A DNA stretch of 64,000 nucleotides, taken from NCBI GenBank assembly GCA_013265495.1, contig MU058781.1:3349050-3413049 (forward strand). Direction: 5' to 3'. Of the stretch, positions 1 through 11,690 are shown piece after piece (the first letter of the stretch is position 1; each line of letters begins with the position of its first letter). Position numbers and translations under genes: made by a program. Under the pieces are notes generated by a model. That model did not search any database and had not been told where the DNA came from. It worked only from the letters and a program-made list of their open reading frames with translations. Origin of the DNA: Vicugna vicugna (taxonomy: Eukaryota).

Positions 1-879
1 GGAGGAAGAAAAGCCAGTATAAAGGTGTGTTATTAGGTTGTCAATGTGAGCGTTGGGAGCTCCTGTACCCACTGCTTTAGATCCACCTATTTCAGGCTGC
101 ACTTGTGCTTGGGCTGAATGTAAAGGGCTTAGAGCAGATGGTGGGTTGATGCAGATGAGCACTGTATCCTTGAGAGGGGATGATTTCAGTGCATTTGGGT
201 CTGAGTTCACATGGAACTGTCCTCCGCAGCTACAGCTAAATTCAGAATTAGGGCAATGGATATCAACTCATTTCTTCTGGAAGGTTGACCAAGCACAGTG
301 ACAAAATAGCAGATGCACAGTGATTTCTCCACTAAGTCTTGTTACACCAGTCTCCTGCTGGTGTAACACGGAGCTGTCGTGTATGTGATCAGATGGGTCC
401 CCGTATGGTTAGCGTGCTGCAGACAGACTTTCTTCTTGACACAGACACATTATCTCTTCACGTTTTTCTTTCAGGATGCTACTGGAATTATCTGGTTTTT
501 CTGTGAAAGTTCTGAGCAAATCCAAAGAACAAGAGGCAATTGTTAAGGCTTCATTTCTTCCTTCCTGCTCTTGAGGTTGCTAACAATAGTAGTTAACTAG
601 ACTGAAATTGGAGGCATGTGCATTAAATTAACACAGTTTTACAAATGCAATGTGCTGTGAAGTCTGACAGCCATATTCAAAATGACAAATGCAGGCTGGT
701 TATTCCCTGAGACAGGCTGAGTGAGATGTGTTACATACATATAAGTGCAATTACAGAATGAGATAGAAAGAAGCCGGAAAACTGCTTGAGTGTGCCTTGT
801 ATTTTCTTAAAAAATCAGTAGCCATCAGTTATTGAGTGTTTATCATGCTTTAAATCTTTAAGGACACCTTGAGAGAATA

Positions 880-1085
880 TGGTAGTAGTTTAGAAGACAG
901 AACAGTATGTTTACTTGCAGAGAGAACAGAGGCACATGAGGGTCTTCTGTGCAGCTGGCAAGGTTCTATTTCTTATTTCCAAGTGGTGGTTACAGAGATG
1001 TGCTCTTCGCAACACACAATACATTCAGGCTTTATATCTTTTTTTGTAAGTGCGTGATCTTTTGCAGTTGAAAGGAGGTTAAAGT
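880..1085 (+). mobile_element. Old L1 (L1ME-like) 3' end fragment
   Basis: ggcacatgagggtcttctgtgcagctggcaaggttctatttctt...gtggtggttacagagatgtg resembles ancient L1M 3' UTR; heavily diverged. Confidence 0.55.
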
Positions 1086-1159
1086 ATTAAACATTTGTTT
1101 AATGACTAGATAGAAAAATTATAACTCCTGAGGAGGAGACAATAATAGTGAGAAACTTG

Positions 1160-1290
1160 TAAGCATTATCTCATTTCATCCTTACAATACTCTATGAAGT
1201 AGATGACAGTATTATTACCCCATTGTCAGACGAGGAAACTGAGGCACACAGAGATCAAATTACTTGTCTCAGGTCATACTACCCAGAGCT
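1160..1290 (-). mobile_element. MIR SINE
   Basis: attattaccccattgtcagacgaggaaactgaggcacacagag is the reverse complement of the MIR core. Confidence 0.85.
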
Positions 1291-2899
1291 CCGGTGAGTT
1301 TTGTTATTTAAACACAATGGTTTTCATTTTTTAAAATGTCAGAGCTGGCCCATTGGAGTGAGGTGCTCAGCAGTTTCTTGGTTTATTCAAAGCCTGAGCG
1401 AGCCTGTGATGGCTTAGTCACTCACTGATGGAAGCTTAGACCCTCAGACCTTGAGGCCCAATGTGACAAGAGCAAAGTGCCCTAGTGCCACATAGGAAGA
1501 AGTCGGCCACCATGTTATTTTAGAGCAGCTGACATTTTTCTGTAGAAACCAGCTACTCTCGTCCATCTCTTGGATTTTCCTTTAGATTAAAAGTTACCGA
1601 TTAATTGTAGCTGCAAAAACAAGAGACCACTTAGTCTAGTTTCTGTAGACTTGATCCCCACCCACCCCCCATCTCTAGCAAGGTGCCGTGTTCAGTGGGT
1701 TTAGGGCTTGGTTTCAGTTGATAACCTTTCCATCCTGTGTCAGGTCTGGTCATCTTTTGAAACAGGCTCCTCTTTAGGACTGATGTCATGTGGATGTGTT
1801 TGTGAATTGGATGAATAATCCCAGACAGCTGCTAATAAAGGACAGTTTAAATATCAAATTAAAATTCATCCTTAGCTGTTAAACGACTCCAATTTGAATC
1901 CTAGTCACCATCCGACATGTTTTATGCAATCAAGCAAGTTTTTATTTGACAACTGTTTTGTGAGTAGTTAGCACGTGTTGTAAGTTTCACAGAAATGGGC
2001 TCTTTGGTCAGGAAGATGGGATATCTGCAAATGTGTGTACATATTTTAAATCCTACCAAGCTAGGCTTTTAAACTGGCATCTAACATAATTTTTAGTAAT
2101 TCACCTTGTAATCTTAGCCCAATCACATCACGTCTCTTCCTTCCTCCATTATGCTGATTGGTGATTGTAGCACTGTATCCTTCTGTCACCCGTCGGGTAT
2201 TGTCATCTCTTTTAGCTGCCGCTTTTCTACTTTTTCTTCTCACCTTTATAGCACCGCGCACAGAGCTCTGCATCTGGGAAGCACTCAACAGATGTCTCAA
2301 GTAAATTAATGCACACCATAGCCTCTCCACTCAGCTCTTGGTTTTTATGAGCAGGAGGATAATTTTAAATATTCACACTGTGTGTAGAATCTCATATTAC
2401 TCTCTTCCTTAAACCAGTATGTAGTTCAGTGCTGGTCCTCAGAACTAGAGGGAATCAAATGATAAATTCAGTATTCAGGCCGTTTCTACCTATGAATCAA
2501 AACTTCAGAGAAATGTTTTAAACTTCTCTAAAAGGGAAAAGAAGAGTGCACTGAATGTGTTGATAGATTTTCTGCTTTGTCCATTATTTTTACTGCCCAG
2601 AAGCACCTAGGCTTCATGGATGTGGAATAGATTTGCGTGTTCACCAGTTACACTCAGATTCTGCTGCTCCCATCCCAGCCTTCAGAAAGGCCAAAACAGA
2701 GGCACTGGCCTCAGGGAAGCAAGAATCCAGAAGCCACTTGTCTGGGATTTTTACCCAGGTCCCGGGGGCTTTTCCCACCCCTCCGTGAGGTCATTGCTCC
2801 GACGCGTGGCCGAGCAGGGCCCTTTCTAGGAGGGGCAGGGTGGTACAGAGAAAAGGACCCAGGCACTGGAGCTGGAACCACCAGGTTTGCACCTCTGCC

Positions 2900-3055
2900 C
2901 AGCCACATTCAGGACTCGGTCTTTTGTCGCCGTTCCTGCAGTACTGAGCTCAGTTGTCTCATCTGTAAAATGGTACCTAGAGGACTTAACACTGCTAACA
3001 AAGCAGTGCGGGTACTTAGGAGTTAGAAGCTCCTGACGCATTATAGGCCCTGAGC
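2900..3055 (+). mobile_element. MIR SINE fragment
   Basis: MIR core ctcagttgtctcatctgtaaaatgg at about 2949-2973. Confidence 0.7.
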
Positions 3056-3317
3056 AGACAGTTCTTCTCCCTCATTGGAGAGTTGATAAGAAACTTCCTC
3101 TCCCTGTCTTGCCTTTTCAGGCTTTCTCCTTGGGTTTTCTAACTCATAAGGAACAGAGTGAGGCACTTTTTTTCAACATCCCTTCTCTTTATCCCCAAGT
3201 ATATTATTCACATGGCAGAAGATAACAAATTGGGCCTCATGCATAGGGGGAAAAGCAGCCCTTCTAGTGAAATTCCAGTGGCAGGCAGTGTGTCTGTGAA
3301 AACCCAGTGGGATTGAA

Positions 3318-3560
3318 CTGAAGAGCCAGACTGCCTGGGCTCAACTCTCAGTTCTGTCACTTAAGGCCTGGGCATTTTGGTGTACACCTGAAACTAACAC
3401 AACATTGTAAATCAACTGTACTTCAATAAAAGATTTATAAATAATAAAAAAATTTTAAGAAGAGCTGGGCGCCCTTAGGAAAGTTACTCAACTACCCTGT
3501 GCTGCAGTTTCCCCATCAGTAAAATGGGAATAATAGTGCCTCCTTCATATGGCTATTGTA
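3318..3560 (+). mobile_element. MIR SINE interrupted by an L1 3'-terminal fragment
   Basis: 5' half gagccagactgcctgggctcaactctcagttctgtcactta; 3' half aagttactcaactaccctgtgctgcagtttccccatcagtaaaatgggaataatag. Confidence 0.8.
3374..3459 (+). mobile_element. 5'-truncated L1 3' terminus with A-rich tail
   Basis: tgtacacctgaaactaacacaacattgtaaatcaactgtacttcaataaaa plus an A-rich tail; the same terminus is seen at about 6210-6265 and, reversed, at 17193-17250 and 55965-56020. Confidence 0.85.
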
Positions 3561-5847
3561 CAGTAAGTATTCTAATATAGTATATTGTAGATCTTATATT
3601 ATTGATCATATAACATGCAGTAAGTATATAGTTTTATATAATACTATATATGTATAGTATAATAGAGTAGTTAGCTATTAGAATTTGAGGTTCCCTGGCA
3701 TAGGGCATACTGTGCCAATATGATGAATGTCAATTTATTCTGTAAGTGACGGGGAGACGGAGAAGGGGCTCCAGGTGCATTTTACACAGTCTGACATGGT
3801 TTGCAGAGAACAGCTCCGGCAGCAACATGAGGGATAGGTGGGGAACAGGTGAGACCGTGAGAAGAAAGATGTGTCAGATGCCTCTTTCAGTCCAGACAGG
3901 GTGTAAAAGGGCTGTAACCCAGGCTGCGTCCGTCTACCTGGAGCAGGGCTGTGCAGGAAGTGACGGAGATCTTATGAACAAGATGCTACCGTGAATGGAG
4001 CAGGAGGAGAGGGACTTCGTGGATTCAGTTTTATATCCTGCATCATGAAGTTCAGGGGCACTCCGGGCTTTAAACATGTGTATTTAAGTGCATGTACGTG
4101 TGTGCATATGTAATTGTGTGTCTGTATTTATGCATGTGTGTATAAATCTGTCCACACACACAGAGTCTTGTAAGAAAAGTTACAGGCAGTATTAGGACCT
4201 GCCATGTGTGTATAGTGTGGTTGTGTGTTTTCTGCAGTGTGCTACAGGAGCAGCCTGTTCCTGAGCCCTGCGGCCACCCCTCTTCTGTAGGAACTCATCT
4301 CTTGTTGGAATACTGGCCAGCACTGTCTAAATAGTAAAAAGTCCAATGACAGAATTACTCTTTAAAAAATCACTTTGAAGGGTTTCAGTGTATAAGGACT
4401 TGTTTCTTACATCTCAGTGCCTTGTGCTTTCATGAGTTATTTTTAACTAGGGTTGCATAACAACCCGGCCTAACCCCCAAATACGTATTCCACTTACGTC
4501 TGTAATTAGAGTAATGAAGAGACGGTGTGGTGAGCTTCCTCCACACCTGATCTGAAAAGAGCTTCATCATTGTCATTGGAAGAAAGAAGGCTTTGAAAAC
4601 ACGCGTGTACATCAACATAGTGCTTACAGGTTAAGACATCCTGACAACGTCAAACTATATATTGTTCTACCCAAATGTGGGACTTTTGCTTTAGAGAAGT
4701 GCTAACTTATCCACCTTGTGGGAATTTTAGTGACAGTTGTTGAAGACAGGGAATGAGAGATGGGGCTTCATGGTACTAATCTCTCTACTTTCAAATACTT
4801 TAAAAATCTATTTTTTTCTTTAGTTTTTAAGAAGAATTCCACTTTGAGGAACTGAAAGATACTGTCAGGAACCATGCCTTAGAGAGGATATGGTATGATT
4901 TTAGGGCCGCTGGAAGGGCCACTTGTTTTTTTCAGCCTGACGTTCCCACCAGGCTGATAGACTGACTCCATCAGTTAAGGGCATACCTTTAGTCCTTTTG
5001 AGAATGAGCAAGGGTTGCTACCTGTGAGTTTACACAGTGCCCAACAAATACTCATCAGACAGCAGCAGTTTGTTTTGGTTTGTTTCATCTGTTTAATGAA
5101 CAGACTCCTTAGAAGCCAGAGGTGTGAAGTTGGGGCTTCTCAGGAAATCACTCATGGGGTGAATTTTGAAGAAGTAACATAAAGATCCAGAACCTAGTAA
5201 ACTGCCCAAGGATAGTGGCTTCCAGATCTTGGAAGGAGAAAAAAAGGGCCTAAAAAAGCAAAAGAATGAGTAGTTCAGATGCTGAAGACAAACATTTTTT
5301 ACTTAGTTTCACCTCAAGTCAGCGCAGCCTGTCTCCTGCTCTGGGGTGCAGAGAATGATTTGGAAGAGAGTTTTAGTGCCTTTTTCCTGAGCGGCCAGGT
5401 GACAGCTGAGCTCCCAAGGGATCAGATTTCAAGGTGGGAACGTTTTAAAGACATTGAGAGAATCCAAATCTGTATATTCTTATAATTGGAAGAATGGTAA
5501 GTCCTGAATGGGGTTGTCCTCAGAATATAAATGAAGAAGCTTAACAGCTTGTCCCCCTCTCACAGCAGGTGTGAAGCATTAAACATTTAAAGGCCTGTAA
5601 TGGGTGTGTCTCTCTCAAAATGAGAACTGGAAGGCCACTTAAATTTGGATCCTGCAGCCAGCTCTGGTAGGAGAAAACGAGAGTTGTTAATATCCTCCAT
5701 CCCACTGGCAGACATCTGTCCGTCCTTGTTGGTTTGAGAGGGGTTGGGCATGGAGGGGGTGTTTTCTTGTTAATCTCTGAAGTTTTGATGAAAGTCCCAG
5801 CATTCATAGCCATTCCTCTAAAGCAGATAAAAGAATATCCAGTTGAA

Positions 5848-6265
5848 ACCAAGAGAAATAATGCCATTTGCAGGAACATAGGTGGATGTAGAGATTATCA
5901 TACTAAGTGAAGTAAGTCAGAGAAAGACAAATATCATATGGTATTGCATATATGTGGAATCTGAAAAAAAGACGCAAATGAACTTATTTACAAAACAGTC
6001 TCACAAACATAGAAAACAAACCAAAGGGGAAAGTGGGGGAGGGATAAATTAGGAGTTTGGGATTAGCAGATATACACTACCATATACAAAATAGATAAAT
6101 AACAGAGTCCTGCCATGTGGCATAGGGAACTATATTCAATAGCTTGTGATAATGTATAATGAAAAAGAATATGAAAGAGAATATATATGTATGTGTAGCT
6201 GAACCTCTAATGCTGTATACCAGAAACGCAACATTGTAAATCGATTAGACTTCAATTTAAAAAAT
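5848..6265 (+). mobile_element. L1 3' end (end of ORF2 plus 3' UTR), artiodactyl-type
   Basis: aataatgccatttgcaggaacataggtggatgtagagattatcatactaagtgaagtaagtcag...gggataaattaggagtttgggattagcaga...acattgtaaatcgattagacttcaatttaaaaaa. Confidence 0.92.
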
Positions 6266-7128
6266 TATGAATTGCATTTGTATATATTGCTAGAAATGCT
6301 GGTCCCCATCATGTCTCTTTAGTTACCTAAGTACCACAGTGGGTAGATGTCACTTGCATTTAGGCCACCCCAGTGGCGTGTGGTCAGGAGGTGGGGGCTC
6401 AGACAGCCCTGAGGGGGAGTGTTGCAAATTGCTGGTTTGCTGATGAAGGCAGTGAACCCTGCTCAGAGGTCAGACAGCCCAAGTCTCAAAGAGAGCTTGC
6501 TATCTCGAGTTCAAGAGGGGGGCAGGTCCTCTCATATTCAAATATCATATTCAAATAACCCAAGGAAACAGAAAGCCACAGTATTTAAAAGGCTGAGTAA
6601 GAACCTCATCAAAGGGTCTGGGGGTGTTGAACCACAAAAAGCTCATTTGTGTGCGGTGCTCCAGCATCCTGCGTGCAGGCCTCCCTCTCCCCAGCGTTTT
6701 AACCAGCCGCTTGCCACTGGGGCCTCGGGGTGTGGCTGTCAGGGCAGGGCTGCATCTCCAGCTGACTTGGAAGAACCACAGAGCGTGGCTCCCCATACCA
6801 TGGGATCCCCCAACCAGTGGTATTCCCCGGGGGTCAGTTCATTAGAAGCAGTTGTAACGTGTGTTTCCATTTATTTCTTAAATTAATCAATGAAATAATT
6901 GCATGTTTTCCCTATGAAATGACACCACTTTAGAGCATTCAAGCAAGCATGTCAGTGGTCGTTCAGTGTGCAGGCTCCTTATGACTTAGTCACTTGGTCA
7001 GTTTATTGTCAGTGGTACCCCACTTACCTGTGTGCATTGTGGCCACTAATACAGTTCAAATTTGTTTTGATTCTTAGCCAAACATTTCATTTATAGCTAT
7101 AAAGACCTTTTCATTAAAGACAGGAACA

Positions 7129-7500
7129 TGTATTAGTTCAGGCCACCATAACGAACTACCACGGACTGGGTGGCTCAGACAGAAATTTATTTTCTCACGG
7201 TTCTGAATGCTGAAAGTCTGAGATCAGGGTACCAGCCTGGTTGGGTTCTGGTGAGGACTCTCTTCCTGGCTTGCAGATGACTGCCTTCTGGGTGTGTCCT
7301 CACATGGTGGAGAGAGAGACAGAAAATTCTTGGTGCCTCTTCTTTTAAAGACATAAATCCCATCATGGAGACCCTACCCTTATGACCTCATCTAAATGTT
7401 ATTACCTCCCAAAGGCTCACCTCCAAATACCAACACATCAGGGCTTCCACATATGAATTTGAAGCAGGGCAGAGGGGACACAAATATTTAGATTGTGATG
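7129..7500 (-). mobile_element. MaLR solo LTR (MLT1A-like)
   Basis: tgtattagtt...cagaaatttattttctcacggttctg...ttctggtgaggactctcttcctggcttgcaga...tgacctcatctaa...acctcccaaaggc; similar to the copy at 36257-36643. Confidence 0.9.
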
Positions 7501-7524
7501 AGACCCAAATCTTGAAATGCAAGT

Positions 7525-8250
7525 TAAGGGCATCCAGGTAACATGGTGGACTGAACACATGACTTGATCACCACGCCCTACTGCAACACCAGTAAATGGC
7601 ATAAAAGAGCAATAGAGATATGAACCTACCTGGGGAAAAAAAATAGCAGAGGACATAATTTCAGAGCTGAAGTCCAACAAACTTTCAGAGCTGAAAACCA
7701 GGTGAGTGAACTGAGCAGACCAGAGAAAGGTGAAAACTAACTTCTGGCAGTGGGGCAGCCACGGGCCTTCCATGCTGCAGGATGCCAGCAAGGCTCAGGA
7801 GCCAAAGGCTTCAGGTAGTTTTAAAGACCTGGGTGCAGTGGGGCTGGAAAAGGTAGATTCTTTGAAAGATCATATAAGAAGCAATTAGATCTCTGGATCC
7901 CCTCATTCACCCCATGCAAAGAAGCAACTGTTCCTCACCTCCACCCCGAATCCTGGCAAAAGAAATGGGGCTTAATCATTGTGGAGCTTGAACCCGAGTG
8001 ATTATGGCCACATGGGCCATGCCCACTTTATATAACGCATGGCCTCCTACTGACCTGTGACGGACCCATCTCTTCTTCCCACCCTACCCCCCAGCCCAGG
8101 GGCTAGAAATGCTGGCAGCCAGGGCTTGTGTTTCGAAGCAAGAAACTAGAGGACTCTTAACTAAGGAATGTGTTCAGGCCACAGGAAATTCTTCCAGATA
8201 TGGACAGTCTGGGATCCTCTACAAAACAGAGGTCTCTGCCTGAAGCCTCT
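7525..8250 (+). mobile_element. Possible ancient HAL1/L1M 5' region
   Basis: Begins ggcatccaggtaacatggtggactgaacacatg, resembling the gacttccgg...aagatggcgg start of old L1/HAL1 5' UTRs; very diverged. Confidence 0.35.
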
Positions 8251-8274
8251 CACCCGACAGACGAACCATCTCCC

Positions 8275-8413
8275 CTATACCATTCAGGTCAGTGGCCCTG
8301 GCCATGTGTGACTGCAGAGTACTTGAAATGTGGCTAGTGTGATGGAATTTTATTTATTTTTAATGAACTTAAGCAGTCACAGATGGGTAGGGGCTCCCAT
8401 ATTGGACAGCACA
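8275..8413 (+). mobile_element. MER3-like hAT-Charlie MITE fragment
   Basis: agtacttgaaatgtggctagtgtga...ttttatttattttt...catattggacagcaca; similar to 43794-43999. Confidence 0.8.
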
Positions 8414-9288
8414 AGCCAGGACAACTGAGAATTTGACCTTGTTTTTCTAACAGTTCTGACCTCAGTTTTTACTGAAGCAGTGGTATTCAGTTTTATACCC
8501 ACCAAACAATTCCTGAGGAATTTCCCTTCTGGCAGATGGACACACTTACTGAGTAAGTCATTGATCCTGTTCTAACTCCTCCTCGTCAAACCCTTTGCAC
8601 CACTGCTGGAACGCCATATTTCTTTCTGCACAAGGGTAACATCATCTATTTATGAGTGAGTAATCACTCCTGCACCTGTGTCGGAGATGGCAGTGTGTTA
8701 CTGTTTATGTGGATGTAGATTTGAGCCTCATCTCACAAAAAAGGAATGATTCCTTCCAAATCATGTTCCTGTAATCAAGTACTATATTTAAGGCACTAGG
8801 GCAATTTGATTGCCACTGTATTGGTGGCTTCATTTGTAACGAGAGTTGAGAATTATTCACAGATTTCATGTTTGCGAATTCACCTACTCGCTAAAATTTA
8901 TCTGTAACCCCAAGATCAGTACTTGTAACGCTTTTGCAGTCATCCGCAGACATCTGGGGAGCAGTGAAAATTTTTAGTTCCTCAACACACATTCCCAGCA
9001 GAGGTCCAAACAAGGCGATAATCTGCTGCCTTGTTTCACCTCTCATATGGTAAATAAGCGTCCTTTTTGCAGCCTATCTGGTGCCATGTTTTTTGTATTT
9101 TAATACTTTTTGTTGGTGGTTTCTCTGTTTAAAATAGTGCTGAAGTGCTGTCTAGTGGTCCTCAGTGCCAGAAGGCTGCGATGTGCCTTATGGAGGAAAT
9201 ACATGTGTTTCATAAGCTTTGTTCAGGCATGAGTTGCATTGCTTTTGGCAGATTTCAAGGTTAATGGGCCAACAGCATATATTAAATA

Positions 9289-9590
9289 CATACATGAGGT
9301 GATGGATGTGTTAATGGGGGAATCCTTTCACTGTGTGTACATGTATCAATCACTTTGCACACTTTGTTTTTATTTATTTATTTTTTGCAGGGGGAGGTAA
9401 TTAGGTTTATTTGGTTTTTCACTGGAGGTACTGGGAGATCAAACCTAGGACTTCATGCATGCTAAGCATGCTCTCTACCACTTGAGCTATACCCTTCCCT
9501 GCTTTGTACACTTTAAATATCTTACAATTTTATTTGTCAGTTATACCTTAGTAAGGCTGGGCAAAAAAAAAAAAAAGAAAAACCAAAAAA
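9289..9590 (+). mobile_element. L1 (L1MA-like) 3' terminal fragment with poly(A), itself interrupted by a SINE
   Basis: tgaggtgatggatgtgttaat...gggaatcctttcactgtgtgtacatgtatcaa and tacactttaaatatcttacaattttatttgtcagttatacctt...A13. Confidence 0.8.
9366..9499 (-). mobile_element. tRNA-Ala-derived SINE (camelid Vic-1-like), full length with TSD
   Basis: The minus strand reads gggaagggtatagctcaagtggtagagagcatgcttagcatgcatgaagtcctaggtttgatctcccagtacctcca (A box, AGC anticodon arm, B box), then aaataaacctaattacctcccc and an A-rich tail. Flanked by ctttgcacacttt (9353-9365) and ctttgtacacttt (9502-9514). Confidence 0.9.
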
Positions 9591-11648
9591 CCCAGAAATA
9601 CATATAAAACAAAATTATGTGCTGATCTCTTAACAGAAAAGTTGTGATTTGAGGCTTGCAGGAACCTATCCCTGTATTTCCCCTAGGAGCAATGGTTCAG
9701 TGTTCACTAATCCAGTATTCTTACCAGACTACAACTACCACACATAATGGGCATTAACTGTAATTATTTCCTGCTGTAGTTACGGTTTTAGGTGGTTCTA
9801 GGAAGATAGTTCTTGAACATTCTTGTGTATTTGCTCTGCTCTAATTTTTATTTGTATTCTTAGATTGTAACTAGTAAACCCAGTGGCAGTCATTCTATTG
9901 CAATTAGTTTTATAACTTGACTGTGTCTTGTTTTCAAAGCCAGCAGTTTTGGGGGGTTGTTCTAGTTTACCTTTCAGTCATTTTTAATGTTACTATCAAT
10001 GGACGAAACCCACTGAAAAATGATTTATAATCACTACTCCTATGATGTCATCTTCTGTCTCCCTCCAACAGAGGAAGAAATGTATCGTTTCTAAAAATCC
10101 ATCAAATTTGACTCTGTGCTAAACAATTTAAATGAGAAACCCCTAATATGTAGAGGCATAGTTCTAGTGTTTTAAAAAATATTATGTTGAACGTTCTCCA
10201 GGTTAAATAAATGCCTTTTGTGTGAAGATGTTTCCACATGGAAGATGTCCAAGTTGTGCATCTGTACCTGGTTAATATTTAATATTGAGAATTTAATAAT
10301 ATTTAAAAACATTGCTCTTATTCAAATAAGATTTCTTTCTTGGGATGCAGGCCACCAAATAATCACGCAAGAAGAAAAATAAAAAGGCAAAAGTAGCATA
10401 AATGATATGACTGAGTTAGTTGTGTTTATATGTGTATGTGAATCAGAAATTATCTTATTCTACTAATTCATGAAGATACATTATTGCATTTATGTTTAGC
10501 AAATAGTGTATCTTGAATCCAGATCAAAATTTGGGAGGTGGGGAGGGAGAGGGAGAGAATAAGAGAGAAGGAATTTACCTACTTGATTCTTCAAATGGTC
10601 AAGAAAGAAAATAACCACAGGTGCCTATAAAATACTGTTTGCTAACAGAAGTGTGCTAAATGCTGGGTAGACCTCTTCAAGTTAGGAGAATGGGTGACTG
10701 GTTTACACCAAGAAACTGAGCCCCCCCCCCACTAAAGATTGGGTTGGCCTTGAACAGGCCTCTGAGGCCTAGAACCAGAATGTGTAACCCGCCACAGCAT
10801 CCAATCTAGATGTCCAGCATGTGTTTAGTATCTATCTGCTCATTTAAATATCAGAGTCGTACATCACTGGCCCCTCTCTCAGCTTCTGCTTCTTGAAAAT
10901 TGGAATAGAAAGTCCTTGTCTTCTCATCCATTCATAAAATATTTGATTCCATGTCTCTGATATTTTTCCTATATTCATATGATATGAAGACACATACTCT
11001 ATAACTTACAAAAAGGTTTAGTGACTTATGTATATGAAATATATAGATATCTCTTATACTGTATTGTGTATTGATGATTCATTTTGCTTGAAGGCCATTT
11101 TTTTTTTTTCTGTGATAGACTTTGCCCCATCTTTGGGTCGAGAGTTCATGCAAATTATGGCTTCTTTGGATTTTTTCATGTTTGACCAAAGATACTTCTC
11201 AGAATCAGAGACCAGTGGGACCCCCAAGGTATCCTCTTACTCTAAATGGTAGATGGCTTTAGTGACAGCTACCAGAAGTGTTAACTGCCACTGGCCTCTA
11301 GGGATCTAGATATAAACGGACTAGGCTTGATGAGTTGATACAGTGGAGTTAGAACCGTGTTCTGGCTTCATCACTTTGTAAGCTGAACTTTGAAAATACG
11401 TGTTGAGGCTGTCGAAGCACTTAGAAAACAGTAGCATCAGTATAGCTTTATTAAATTGTTAATTCCTTTGATTGATTTTTTAATCAGGCACACAGTGTTA
11501 TGCAGCTGTATACACAATCATGTCTCCATGTGATTTATGTCAATTTACATCATTATGGAAATATCATAATGCTTCATTAAGCTTTAGGAAATTGGGTGTT
11601 CTTTATTAGTGATTTTACCAAAAGATTATCTCTCTGAAATGCCTTAAA

Positions 11649-11690
11649 TAATTTTTAAAATCAGCCTGCTAATTTTTAAAATCAGCCTGC
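11649..11690. repeat. Perfect 21-bp tandem duplication (taatttttaaaatcagcctgc x2)
   Basis: Copies at 11649-11669 and 11670-11690 read directly. Confidence 0.95.

Larger units (their letters stand above)
8843..9760. mobile_element. Tigger-family (MER82-like) DNA transposon, split by nested L1 and SINE insertions
   Basis: aagtgctgtctagtgg...agaaggctgcgatgtgccttatggaggaaata...caggcatgagtt and ggaacctatccctgtatttcccctaggagcaatggttcagt; the right end ...ttaactg is followed by TA (9761-9762), as expected for Tc1/mariner. Confidence 0.82.

Noticed and set aside
1..320. Possible old LTR fragment or TATA promoter (tataaa near 18)
   Set aside because: I cannot assign a family or boundaries; there is no CpG island or first-exon evidence.
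6419..6886. 155-aa ORF
   Set aside because: GTG start, no homology I recognise; no convincing exon boundaries.
9420..9499. tRNA-Ala gene
   Set aside because: Mutated arms, a SINE body and tail, a TSD and a second copy in the window identify it as a SINE.
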